DNA of 63,514 nt, the filler included, from Octopus bimaculoides (taxonomy: Eukaryota): the NCBI RefSeq assembly GCF_001194135.2. It is 14 parts of 12 records of this genome, joined end to end, with 100 filler letters (N's around TTAATTAATTAA, not from the genome) between each part and the next. Parts side by side here need not be neighbours in the genome. Positions count along the whole stretch, not along the records: positions 6,228 to 18,449 come from NC_069008.1; positions 18,550 to 21,756 come from NC_068991.1; positions 21,857 to 26,575 come from NC_068996.1; 11 more parts are not named here. One strand, given 5' to 3'. The notes under the pieces were generated by a model, which made no database searches, was not told the origin of the DNA, and saw only the letters and a list, made by a program, of their open reading frames with translations. A program made the translations under genes and the position numbers. Position 1 is the first letter of the stretch. The number at the start of each line of letters is the position of its first letter. Positions 12,128 through 23,870 of this stretch are shown piece after piece.

Positions 12128-12485
12128 NGGCTTTTGGTTATTCAACCTTGAGCCTCGTCAGTGTGGACTACCAGTTTAGCTCCATGACTGTTCACGTTAG
12201 TCTCTGACTGTGCAACTGGTTTTGTTTTGCGCCAAAATCAGAGCACATATATATATATATGTATTTATATGTGTCTTTATTCCTGTGTTTATCTCCACCA
12301 GCATTGCTTGACAACTGATGTTGGTGTGTTTATATCCCTGTAATGTAGTGGTTCGGCAAAAGAGACTGATATAATAAATACTATGCTTAAAAAATAAGTC
12401 CTGAGGTTGATTTGTTCGACTAAAACCCTTCAAGGCGATACTCCAGCATGGCCTCAGTCAAATGACTGAAACAAGTAAAAGAATA
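12128..12485 (+). mobile_element. SINE family B, 3' two-thirds
   Basis: Internal (TA)n, GCTTGACAACTGATGTTGGTGTGTTTA, GGTTCGGCAAAAGAGACTGA and CCAGCATGGCCTCAGTCAAATGACTGAAACAAGTAAAAGA. Confidence 0.8.
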
Positions 12486-12619
12486 TCATTTGATAATTTC
12501 TCCATTTCATTGCATGCATTATTATTTGTATAGACTACTACATCAATTAGAATTCATTTCCCTTCCTGGTGGTCCTTCACAACAATATGTAATTGATTAA
12601 CCTTGTCTCCTCCCTGTTG

Positions 12620-13455
12620 CTACATTCTGAGTTCAAATTCTGCCAAGATCGACTTTACCTTTCATCCTTTCAGGATCGATAAAATAAATACAAGTTGCCC
12701 ATTAGGGTTGATGTTATTGACTTACCCCTTCTCTGAAATTGCTGGCCTTGTGCCAAAATTTGAAATCATTATTGTTGATGAAGGCAGTGAGCTGGCAGAG
12801 TCATTAGCATACTGTGCAAAATGCTTAATGACATTTTGTCCATCTTTACGTTCTGAGTTCATATCCTTCAAGGGTTGACTTTGCCTTTCATCTTTTCAGG
12901 GTCGATAAAGTAAATACCAGTTGAGCACTGGGTTCGATGTAACTGACTTACCCTGTTCCCTAAAACTTGATGATTTTGTGCCAAAATTTGAAACCATTAT
13001 TATTATTATTATATACTAAGGCAGTGAGCTGGCAGAATCGTTAGCTAAGCATTTTGCCCATTGCTACGTTCTGAGTTCAAATTCCATTGACTTTCATCCT
13101 TTCAGGGTCAATTAAATAAGCACCAGTTATGCGCTGAGGTCGATGTAATTGACTTAATCCCCTTCCCCAAGTTGCTCTTGTGGCAAAAATTTGAAATCAT
13201 CATTATTATTATTATTATTATTATTTGGAAGGCAGTGAGCTGGCAGAATCATTAGCACGCCAGGCTAAATGCTTAACAGTATTTTACCTGCCTTTACATT
13301 CTGAATTCAAATTCCACTGTGGTCAACTTTGCCTTTCATCCATTCGAGGTTGATAAATTAAGTACCAGTGAAGTACTGGGGGTCAATGTGATTGACTTAC
13401 CCCCTCCACACAAATTTCAGGCCTTGTACCTTTAGTAGAAAGGATTATTATTGTT
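12620..13455 (+). mobile_element. Four head-to-tail SINE family A copies separated by (ATT)n
   Basis: AAGGCAGTGAGCTGGCAGA heads at about 12781, 13018 and 13228, each preceded by the CCAAAATTTGAAA(A/T)CATTATT(ATT)n tail of the previous copy. Confidence 0.88.
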
Positions 13456-13538
13456 GTTGTTGTTGCTGTTGCTTTGTTATAATTTCTTAAATTCTAAGTG
13501 AAATGTTTAACATGTTCTTTAATTCCTTCCTTGTACAG

Positions 13539-13629
13539 AAATTCGGACTTTTATCAGACCGAATTCCGCTTCTTGCTCAAAAGTCTTAACATTGTGTTGT
13601 AAACGGTCTTTTGACCCTGTTGCCATGTG
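13539..13629 (+). other. Putative spliced exon of unassigned gene
   Basis: Pyrimidine tract ttccttccttgtacAG and donor GTAAGT; one open frame (IRTFIRPNSASCSKVLTLCCKRSFDPVAM) ending GCCATGTG|GT. No homology recognised. Confidence 0.4.
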
Positions 13630-13924
13630 GTAAGTTTGTTTGGTGCACCTTTTTGTCACACCACTAGATGATTGCAATAGTTGCAGTGTGCAGCAGTTTC
13701 TATCTATTATATAACACTAGTTGCAGTAGATTTGATTCTTTTGTTGAGCAATAATGGATTTGGTGCAGCTTTTACAGTGGTTCTACTACTTGGATGGGAC
13801 ATAAACTGAAATGGTAAGAATAGAAGCCATTTTGGAGGCAGCAGAAGACTCTGAGATATTCTCATGTTCTTTTTATCTCCTGTCGTGAAGGCATGCAGCT
13901 TTGTGGTTAGGGGTATTTGGTTCA

Positions 13925-14210
13925 TGATTGTAAGGTGGTGAGTTCCTTTCCTGGTGGTGCATTGTGTTCTTCAGCAAGATACTTTATTTCACATTGCTCC
14001 AGTCCACTCAGCTGACGAAAATGTGGAGTACATGTATTTCAAAGGGCCAGCTATGTCACATACTGTGTTATGTTGAATCTCCCTGTGTTAAGTGTCCTTG
14101 TGTCTGTAGATGCTCAGACACTTGTGCATTAATTTCATGAGCAGGCTGTTTCGTTGATCAGATGATCAACTGGAGCCCTCATCATTTTAACTGATGGAGT
14201 ACCAGTTACT
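13925..14210 (+). mobile_element. SINE sharing the family C 3' half
   Basis: TCAGCAAGATACTTTATTTCACATTGCTCCAGTCCACTCAGCTG, then CAAAGGGCCAGC..TTAATTTCATGAGCAGGCTGTTTCGTTGATC..ATCAACTGGAGCCCTC. Confidence 0.75.
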
Positions 14211-14748
14211 GTTGTGGCAATAGAGGAGAGATACTATTTGCAAAGAATGCATATGTAGACATGGAGTCAATACATCTCAACATCAGAGAATTAGTCTAAT
14301 CTTAAGCCAGTAGGAGAGTAAGAGAGAGGGGTGTCAGCCCCTCACACTACAACATGTCTTTAGTAGAGTTTACTTAATTGAAATGGCTAATTCACTGCCT
14401 GGATTAACACACCCACTATATGGTTGGTCCCTGGAGGCTTTCAGCAGAGTTTTCTTGGATGATAGGCCTATGCACTGCCCGGTTTAACATACCAACCATA
14501 TTGATGGCCCTTGGGTGCTTTTAGCACTTGAGTTCACTTAGTTAACTTAGGTGAACTAAGGTGGTAGGTCTGATTTAATATCCTCACTATCTGGTTGCTC
14601 CTTAGGTGTTTTCAACAGAGTTCATGTGGGTGGTAGTCCAATGTACTACTTTGTTCAACCCTTTCGTTACCAACCTGTCCCAAAACTACCTGAGAATTTA
14701 TGTTACCAACCTGCCCAGAACCACCTGAGATAACCTAGTCATATTTAA

Positions 14749-14963
14749 TCCTTTAGCATTCAAACTGGCTATATCTAGCCCCAAATATTCTACCTGTTCA
14801 AAACTAGCCAGATCTGGTCTCTCACACTTACCCTAGAAAGTCATTCTAAAACTAAACAATCACATCATTGAAGGCTCAAAGCTATGAAATGATGCATGAC
14901 TAATTCTAAATAATATGAATAAATAAGCGTTACATTTAACAGAGTAATTTGAATGCTAAAGGG
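14749..14963 (+). mobile_element. piggyBac-like MITE (TTAA target duplication)
   Basis: TTAA|TCCTTTAGCATT ... AATGCTAAAGGG|TTAA. Related copies at about 17978-18118 (truncated), 45535-45686 and 47757-47979 (reverse). Confidence 0.75.
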
Positions 14964-15329
14964 TTAAATGTAAATTTCAGTGTAAATCTCGTTAGTATAT
15001 TCATGAAAACACGATTCCGCTATGTAAACAGTGTACGGCAATGTTTGATGTGATAACTGATTGCTATGAGTTTTTAGAGAATTCTTTCCTCGTGAATTCT
15101 TCTGGAACTTTTTAGTACAGATAAAAAACGAATACCAATTTCATGTTGTCAAGCAGAAAATCAGAATTCAAAGGAAAATATGGAGAAATGTAGCAAAATA
15201 TACAGTCAACATATAATCCCTAAGTGTGATTTTTAAACCAGATATCTAGCGCCTTGCCATACTCAAAAAGACCTATCCTCCACAGCAGAAGTGTTAATGC
15301 CACTCTCCCTGCTGAAGAGGATTAGCCTA

Positions 15330-15552
15330 CAAGAGCCCTATGCCAGCATTACATAAAAGGGCCCATGCCAATGCCATGTAAAAAGCACCCAGTTCACTCT
15401 GTAAAGTGGTTGGCATTAGGAAGGGCCTCCAGCCATAGAAGCCAAGCCAAAACAGACAACAGGAGCTTGGACAGCTCTCCAGCTTGCTGGCTTCCACCAA
15501 ACCATCCAATCCATGCCTGTTAGGAAAACAGGCATTAAATGATGATGATAAT
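15330..15552 (+). mobile_element. Family D repeat, probably the 3' UTR of an RTE-type LINE, with (GAT)n tail
   Basis: TGCCATGTAAAAAGCACCC..GTGGTTGGCATTAGGAAGGGC.TCCAGC..CCATCCAATCCATGCC..TTAAATGATGATG; LINE origin is inference. Confidence 0.7.
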
Positions 15553-15934
15553 GAGAATTTTAATTTCTAAGAGTGAAATCAGTGATTCTGATGAGTTTTG
15601 ATAGCAATTAAGAACATAAATCTGTACCTGAATGGAGTAAGAATTTGAAAACATTTTCCTTCATGATTTTCTGGGAGAGACTGGACTAGCCGCAGTCTTT
15701 CCAAGGAAACGAAATTGTCAGATTATTTTTTTTTCCTTTCTTTGTTTTTTAACTGTGGCGATAAATTGTTACATAGAATATAAACAAAGTGGAAATTTTT
15801 TGCATCCAACATTATTATGGGTCTAACAAAGCTACCCAGAATTACGGACTGAGAGATAATCCAGTTGTGTGTGTAATTCTTCTTTATTAAAATTCTGTTA
15901 TGTACGATTTTATCTTTTATCTAACTCTGGTTAG

Positions 15935-15968
15935 TTCCTGGATGCCTTCAGCAGAATTCATCTTGGTG
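15935..15968 (+). other. Putative 34-nt exon of unassigned gene
   Basis: Branch-like CTAAC and ttttatcttttatctaactctggttAG acceptor, GTAAGC donor; all three frames open. Confidence 0.3.
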
Positions 15969-16730
15969 GTAAGCTTTAACATACAACACTACCATCATTT
16001 GGTTATTTGGTTCTTGGATGTTTTCTGCAGAGTTTACATGTGTAGTAAGCCTAATGCAGTAGTTAGGGTTACCATCCTCTGCTATTTGGGGTGGAAGGGA
16101 AAGTTTAATACATCATCCAGGTTGATTTGATGTTCAACAATTCATCCTTTTCCTGGCCAATGCAACTTACCTTTTGTTAAAATTTATCTGCAATAAACTG
16201 GTTATATTTCTACAATACACAAAATATTTTAACAATTTTTTATACTCTTCTTAATAATGTTTAGTCATAAAAATATAATGGGAGTTTTTAGACATCAACT
16301 GACTATAAGGGTCCCCACCCCTGAGTAAAATAGGAATCTCAAGGCTCCATAGGTAAAAAAAAAAATGCTTGAGAACCAACCACTACTTTAAATATTTAAA
16401 AAGTACCCTCAAAATGATCCTGTCAGAAATGTGTGGGGACTTTCTTTCCAACCTAAAATAAGTACGTTATAATGTATGTGTGCACTCACATACCCACATG
16501 TAGGTGAAGTGTGACTATGTGGTTAAGCTCACTTCTCAACCACAAGGTTTGGGGTTCAGTCCCCCTAGCCTTAGGCTGATCAAAGCCTTATGAATGGAAT
16601 TGGTTGACAGAAACTGAAAGAAGCCTGATGTGTGTGTGTGTACTTCTCTGTGTTTGTTTAGAATGCATTCTTAATAATGTATTTATATAACACATGCTAG
16701 CAAGGAAAAATAGATGAACAAAAGAACAAA

Positions 16731-16765
<35 letters not shown>

Positions 16766-17091
16766 CTCTTTCTATATGTATGTGTGTGTGTGTGTGCGCG
16801 TGTGTGTATGCACGTGCATATTGTTCAGCAATGGTAAGATTAACAAAAAGAAGTACTCCATCTAGTGAGAGATAAATATTATTTAATAGACACAGTATAT
16901 ATTTTTATGAGCTATTAATAGTTTTATGCAATAAAAACATCTCAGAGAGTATTTTTTAACACATCTGTTGCCTTCACCCAATCCTCAGGCTAAGATTTGT
17001 GTGAAAGTACTAGACGTATTAAAATGTGCTATCTGAGATGTTTTCATTACATGAAATTATTAAAAATATATGTTGTGTTTATTTTATATGC

Positions 17092-17148
<57 letters not shown>

Positions 17149-18119
17149 NNNNNNNNNNNNNNNNNNNNNNNNNNNNNNNNNNNNNNNNNNNNNNNNNNNN
17201 NNNNNNNNNNNNNNNNNNNNNNNNNNNNNNNNNNNNNNNNNNNNNNNNNNNNNNNNNNNNNNNNNNNNNNNNNNNNNNNNNNNNNNNNNNNNNNNNNNNN
17301 NNNNNNNNNNNNNNNNNNNNNNNNNNNNNNNNNNNNNNNNNNNNNNNNNNNNNNNNNNNNNNNNNNNNNNNNNNNNNNNNNNNNNNNNNNNNNNNNNNNN
17401 NNNNNNNNNNNNNNNNNNNNNNNNNNNNNNNNNNNNNNNNNNNNNNNNNNNNNNNNNNNNNNNNNNNNNNNNNNNNNNNNNNNNNNNNNNNNNNNNNNNN
17501 NNNNNNNNNNNNNNNNNNNNNNNNNNNNNNNNNNNNNNNNNNNNNNNNNNNNNNNNNNNNNNNNNNNNNNNNNNNNNNNNNNNNNNNNNNNNNNNNNNNN
17601 NNNNNNNNNNNNNNNNNNNNNNNNNNNNNNNNNNNNNNNNNNNNNNNNNNNNNNNNNNNNNNNNNNNNNNNNNNNNNNNNNNNNNNNNNNNNNNNNNNNN
17701 NNNNNNNNNNNNNNNNNNNNNNNNNNNNNNNNNNNNNNNNNNNNNNNNNNNNNNNNNNNNNNNNNNNNNNNNNNNNNNNNNNNNNNNNNNNNNNNNNNNN
17801 NNNNNNNNNNNNNNNNNNNNNNNNNNNNNNNNNNNNNNNNNNNNNNNTTCGGCAAAAGACACTGATTGAATAAATGCTAGGTTTACAAAGAATAAGTCTT
17901 GGGGTTTATTCGCTTAACTAAAGGCAGTGCTCCAGCATGGCTACAGTGAAATGACTGCAAAGAGTAAAAGAATTTAAACCCTTTAACATTTAAACCAGCC
18001 ATATCCAGCCCAAATTCCCCACTTGTTTTATGTTTACACTTTCAAGATCTGGCCTCTTGCACCAACTCTACAATGTCCTTCTAAAAGTATACAATTACAT
18101 CAGTGAAGTCACAGACATA

Positions 18120-18449
18120 TTCTTTTACTTGTTTCAGTCATTTGACTGTGGCCATGCCGGAGCACCGCTTTTGATTGAGCAAATCGACCCCAGGACTTAT
18201 TCTTTGTAAGCTTAGTACTTATTCTATCGGTCTCTTTTGCCGAACTGCTAAGTTACAGGGACGTAAACACACCAGCATCAGTTGTCAAGCAATGTTGGGA
18301 GGACAAACACAGACAAACAAACATATACACTCACACACACACAAACACACATATATATCCTGTGAGCTTCTTTCAGTTTCCATCTACCAAATCCACTCAC
18401 TTTGGTCGGCCCAAGGCTATAGTAGAAGACACTTTCCCAAGGTGCCATG
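18120..18449 (-). mobile_element. SINE family B interrupting a piggyBac-like MITE
   Basis: Reverse complement of the family B body (TCTTTTACTTGTTTCAGTCATTTGACTGTGGCCATG...TTTCAGTTTCCATCTACCAAATCCACTCAC), directly following the truncated MITE. Confidence 0.8.
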
Positions 18450-18549
18450 NNNNNNNNNNNNNNNNNNNNNNNNNNNNNNNNNNNNNNNNNNNNTTAATTA
18501 ATTAANNNNNNNNNNNNNNNNNNNNNNNNNNNNNNNNNNNNNNNNNNNN

Positions 18550-18757
18550 GGCCGTTTTCGTGCGGGTGACACGTAAAAGCACCCACTACACTCTCTGAGT
18601 GGTTGGCGTTAGGAAGGGCATCCAGCTGTAGAAACTCTGCCAAATCAGACTGGAGCCTGGTGTTGCCATCCGGTTTCACCAGTCCTCAGTCAAATCGTCC
18701 AACCCATGCTAGCATGGAAAGCGGACGTTAAACGATGATGATGATGATGATGATGAA
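18550..18757 (+). mobile_element. Family D repeat with (GAT)n tail
   Basis: GACACGTAAAAGCACCCACTACACTCTCTGAGTGGTTGGCGTTAGGAAGGGCATCCAGC...GCATGGAAAGCGGACGTTAAACGATGATGATG. Reverse copies at about 20700-20910, 21125-21325 and 21455-21756. Confidence 0.8.
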
Positions 18758-19900
18758 TTAGCTCACATTGTTGAGAAACTAAGTAATATAGAGAAAAACT
18801 GAGGAGGATGGGGAGTATATTTAGTTGTTCAAATTTGGGAAAGTATCTGGTTGTAAATTATTGCTGTTTCAGCAAATCATACAGATACCTGACATTGTAG
18901 ACTACTATAAACCATGCTATTAAAGGTAATAATTGAGTTAAAATGGTTGAAATAAAATCCTTTCTTTTGATATGGATTTCTTTTATCTTTAGTTTGTAGC
19001 AAACATATTGATACAAACTGATAGTTAATTTATACAGCTTTTTAGGCTATTATGACTTTTATGCTTCTCCAGCTCAACTGGGAGTGATAAGGCCTTCCAG
19101 GAGCCATACTGGAGTTTTTTAGAAGATGTAAAAAAAAAAAAAAAATCCAAGTAGGGCCACACAAAATTAACTGACAGATATATGTCCACTCTGTCCTTGT
19201 ATTTCATTTTTTGTCCTAATTTCAGCAGCATAAATATTGAATATCAATAGTTATAATTTGTTTTTTTTTCACTTCTTACTTTCTTAAATCTTGCTTTATC
19301 TAGGTAACTTACCTGTTACAAAAGTTTGCAATCACTGTGATATTTTAAAGAGAAGTGAACTTTTGTTTGTCACTAACAACAGCGCAGTCAGATAACAAAA
19401 AAACTTGCATGCTTGCATTAACCACAAGGTTCATGCTCAATAAATTGCAAACCATAAGAATATTTTTTGTTACTTATGATCTATCGTTATATGTTGCTTA
19501 TATTTTTATATTTTATCTTTTAAGAATGATTTTTTAAAATAAAGTACACATTAAATTTAATGTTTGACAGTTTTTATAGCTCATAACCTATTTATGTCTG
19601 TATAGAATTTATTTGCTAATTTCATTTTATTTACTTAGAAATGGTTGTTTTTGTAAGCTACCACCAACGCTTTACTATTTATATGGCACAGCTACACTTA
19701 ATAAACATTGCAAATAGTAAAATATTTTTGTTTCAACTAATAGCATTTATAGTGTAAAGGATGTAAAATCAGTTGTAATTCAAAATTTGATTCTGTACTC
19801 GGGCTCACTTCTTGCTCACAACTGTAATAAAAAATAAAATATCAATTACTGATCTCTTTCAAGAATTTGTATATTTTTGGTTACCAATTATTATTTTCAG

Positions 19901-19998
19901 ATTGTTAATGTTGAGGTACCATATTTCTATGTAGAAGTACCAACAGGAGAGAAATTTCTCTGCAGGATATCCAAAGGTTTCCCATTACAATTTGGCAG
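19901..19998 (+). CDS. CWF19L1: Penultimate exon of CWF19-like protein 1
   Basis: Acceptor ttattttcAG, donor GTAATT; [32 protein letters not shown](R) matches CwfJ C-terminal [26 protein letters not shown]. Confidence 0.93.
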
Positions 19999-20092
19999 GT
20001 AATTGTGAAAAGGTTTTTAATTTTCATGCAATTGAGATAAATTTGTTGTTGTATTGACAGGTTAGAGTTTCAAAATTTTTGTTTATTTTCAG

Positions 20093-20237
20093 AGATGTTT
20101 TGGCTTCCCCAATACTGCTTAATATGCCTGAACGTATCAACTGGAAGAGTTGTACAGAAAGTCAAGAAGAGGAAAAACAAATGGCTCAGGAATTTAAGAA
20201 AAAGTTCAAAGACTTTGATTTTAATTTTAGTTCTTAA
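20093..20237 (+). CDS. CWF19L1: Terminal exon of CWF19-like protein 1
   Basis: 94-nt intron with compatible phase 2; DVLASPILLNMPERINWKSCTESQEEEKQMAQEFKKKFKDFDFNFSS* matches [30 protein letters not shown]; TAA at 20235-37. Confidence 0.93.
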
Positions 20238-20254
20238 CACATTTTTTAAAAATG

Positions 20255-20260
20255 AATAAA
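20255..20260 (+). terminator. Candidate polyadenylation signal of CWF19L1
   Basis: AATAAA 17 nt after the stop, followed by a T/GT-rich stretch. Confidence 0.5.
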
Positions 20261-20422
20261 TTGATTTTAATGTGTTTTATTGGTTTGGTTTTGGCTTGTT
20301 AAAGAAATGGCTACTTGACTGTTGGAATAGAATCTGTTGCAGACAGCAGCAAATTTTTCTTTCATATATGCTTTGATGGGCCTAACAGAGTCATGTGTGT
20401 GCGCATACACACACACACACAC

Positions 20423-20460
<38 letters not shown>

Positions 20461-22097
20461 CACATCACACCACATATTCAAAACTTCCAAGAAAAGCAGC
20501 CTGTTTGGAGTGAAGCTACTCAACAACATTCCATAACCACTTGAGTACCATTGAGTTGTGATCTCCATATATCATGTCTGCTGTTACTGCAGTGAGCCCG
20601 TGAGGGGCTCTAGCTGTGTTTATCAAATGTAGCTATTGATACATTCTGGTACATTCACACATACACACTTATGTATTATACATCCACACATACAGGTGTG
20701 GATGTCTTGACAGGAGTTGGCCAGCTGGAGAGCTGCTTGGGTTCCATTTATTTGTTTTGGCATGGTTTCTACAGCTGGATACTCTTCCTAATGCCAACCA
20801 CTTTACAGAGTTTACTGGGTGCTTTTACGTGGCACTGGCATGGCTGCTTTTATGTGGCACCTGCACAGATGCTTTTACATGGCACTGGGATGGGCGCTTT
20901 TATGTGGGCATTGTGTGAAGGTCATTAAAACTGTCATTATTATCATCATCATTGTCATTGTTTTAACATTCTCTTTTCCATTTTTGCAAGGGTTAGACTG
21001 AATCTATTGAGGCAGATTTCCCTTCCTGTCACCAAATATTTCCAAACAAGGTAATATTTCCTGATGGCTGGTTATGTTTTCATGGAAGATTGGAAATGAA
21101 GGACACTGCTTGTATAACAATGACACTTCATCATCATCATCATCATCATCATCATTTAAAGTCCATTGTCCATGCTGACATGGGTTGGACAGTTTGATCA
21201 GAGCTGACAAGCTGGGGAGCTGCACCAGATTCCAGTCTGATTTGGCATGGTTTCTACAGCTAGATGTTCTTCCTAATGCCAACCACTTTACAATGTGTGC
21301 TGGGTGCTTTTATGTGGCACCACACAGGCGTTTTTACAACTATTGCTTGATGTCAAGGCAAGGAGAGAGAAATTAAAACTTGATTTTAATTTTCAGTGCC
21401 GACTTTAAAACTTATCAGGCTGAGTAAAAAGTAAGCAACGTTTTCGTCGTCGTTGTTTAACGTCCGCTTTCCATGCTAGCATGAGTTGGACGATTTGACT
21501 GAGGACTGGTGAAACCAGATGGCTACACCAGGCTCCAATCTGATTTGGCAGAGTTTCTACAGCTGGATGCCCTTCCTAACGCCAACCACTCAGAGAATGT
21601 AGTGGGTGCTTTTACGTGTCATCCGCACGAAGGTCAGTCAGGCGGTACTGGCAACGGCCACGCTCATCTTGCTCGAAAAACCTCATGTGTCACCCGCACA
21701 TGAGCCAGTCCAGGGGCACTGGCAACGATCCCGCTTGAAAGATTTCATGTGTCGAANNNNNNNNNNNNNNNNNNNNNNNNNNNNNNNNNNNNNNNNNNNN
21801 TTAATTAATTAANNNNNNNNNNNNNNNNNNNNNNNNNNNNNNNNNNNNNNNNNNNNTTGTACAGTATTTTTGTTTTCTTCTTGTTACTTAGTTGTGTTGA
21901 TTGTTTACTAATTTCGTTGAGAATCGATAAATCTTTTCTCTTTTTTAAAATTTTGTTCTGGATGTTATTTATCCACAAGGTCTGTTTGGGTGGTAGAACT
22001 TATTATTATTATTATTATTATTATTATCATTATTATTATTATTATTATTATTAGTATTAGTATTATTATCATCATCATCATTGCCTTTGCACAACTT

Positions 22098-22517
22098 CTA
22101 ACGCCGGAGTATTCGAGCGGTTCCAAGCAGTGCTGTTTTCTCCAAGTGCTCCACCCTTATTGCAGACCCTATTTGTTCTTCGTACTTCTCGAGATTTTTG
22201 CTCACTGTTCCCAGGGCTCCGACAATTATTGATACTACTGCTACCTTTTTCATCGACCACAACTGCTTAACTTCCCAAGCTAACCTGTCATATCTCTCGA
22301 CTTTTCTTTCTTCCTTATCGCATACCTTGTTGTCAGCTGGGTTTGCTATAATATATGATCCAGCATAGTTTGTTTTCTTTCTCAATTAATACTATGTCCG
22401 GCTTCCTATTCTCTATTTCATGGTCGCACTGAATCATAAAATCCCACAGGATCTTTGCATTAACATTTTCGACGATGCCTTCAGGTTTGTGGTCGTACCA
22501 ATTTGTTGCTCTGTCAA
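22098..22517 (-). pseudogene. R4/Dong-like non-LTR retrotransposon 3' end, RLE endonuclease domain, frameshifted
   Basis: WYDHKPEGIVENVNAKILWDFMIQCDHEIENRKPDIVLIEK..CWII / ANPADNKV..KVERYDRLAWEVKQLWSMKKVAVVSIIVGALG..KTALLGTARILRR; PD-(D/E)xK motifs; +1 frameshift near 22340; (TAA)n follows the 3' end. Confidence 0.85.
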
Positions 22518-22984
22518 GNNNNNNNNNNNNNNNNNNNNNNNNNNNNNNNNNNNNNNNNNNNNNNNNNNNNNNNNNNNNNNNNNNNNNNNNNNNNNNNNNN
22601 NNNNNNNNNNNNNNNNNNATATATACATATATATATTTATATAATATCAAGATGGCAGGTAAGGCTATATAAGACTCTCGGTTGGATAGTAATACGAGTG
22701 ATGTGTCTAATGCGGGTCTTGTGTGAGCATGTCTATGTACAATAAAATGAGCCAACAAAACCAAGGTTGTGTGAAATTTATAAAGAGAAATGTAACTTTA
22801 CAAGCGTCTCTGGGATATTAGGGATATCCCTTAATAAGAGACGATATGAGAGAGTTAACTAAAGGGGGAAGTAGTATAGTTCAATATAAGGAGTTATTTG
22901 AGAAAAGGCTGGATATAAGAAGTATAAAGGGAAATAACTCCTTATGTATGTATGTACGTATGTATGCATGTATGTATGTATGTA

Positions 22985-23700
22985 TGTCTCTTCTATTTTT
23001 TAATTATTAAAAATCTTCCACTGAGTGGGGGAGCCGATTTCCAGCAAAGATGTAGTTTACAGAGAACAAATTCACGTTTGGAACTTGAAAAAAGTCTTGC
23101 ATATTTTTACTGTTCCACTTACAGACTGGACTTCTAATGTAAGAATTAGCCGGTCAGTTTCTCTTTCTGAAAATCCCAGTTTATCCAGATTCTCCTTTAA
23201 GCATTTACTAACAAAACCTAGTGCTCCAATTATTATTGGTATGAATATGAATTCATAGTCTGGATATAGAAGCTGAAGGTTTCAAAGCAGTTGTCCATAG
23301 ATATCCTATTTTTCCTTGATTTTCAAAGAGATACTTATATCTGCAGGGCAGCTAACCTCTATGATGGCACATACCATTGCCCCTCTGTCCCAAACAACAA
23401 TATCGGACCTGTTATGTTTACATTTCACAGATGTTTTGATGGGAATATTCCACGAGTATTCCTTGATTTGGTGTTGATGAATGTATTCCATAACAGAGGG
23501 ATTCTCTAAGTTTATTTCAGGGTAGTTTATTTTTTTCCGGATAGCATTGTAAATTTTAGCAACGTCATCGTGTCGCATAGTGAGCTAGTATCGCGATGAC
23601 ATTTTAGAACAGCTGCTAATCACAGGATGAGTTCCACAGAAGCATGACATATCCTACACATGCAGTTGCACCTTGGGATTACAAGAGCGTCACTGTATGG
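22985..23700 (-). pseudogene. RLE-type non-LTR retrotransposon 3' end (CCHC knuckle plus RLE), decayed
   Basis: CRICHASVE / HPVISSC..MRHDDVAK..KEYSWNIPIKTSVKCKHNRSDIVVWD..IIEVSCPADI..KEK*DIY..LLYPDYEFIFIPIIIGALG..GTVKICKTFF; internal stops and a frameshift. Confidence 0.85.
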
Positions 23701-23779
23701 ATGTATGTATATATATATATGCATGTATGTTTGTGAGCATATAAATTTATGCACACTCATACAACTATACATATTTATA

Positions 23780-23870
<91 letters not shown>

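Noticed and set aside
11115-13455. CRISPR-like repeat-spacer array
   Set aside because: Units are ~200-bp diverged SINE copies without unique spacers, and there are no cas genes in this eukaryotic DNA.
5188-20237. Tight SLC23-FLOT2-CWF19L1 gene cluster or chimeric gene
   Set aside because: The exons lie on three different scaffolds separated by linkers.
21499-21520. CTGAGGA-CTGGT-GAAAC in family D repeats (also reverse near 18670-18690)
   Set aside because: Only 5 nt separate the core halves, so no helix II, and no helix I can be formed.
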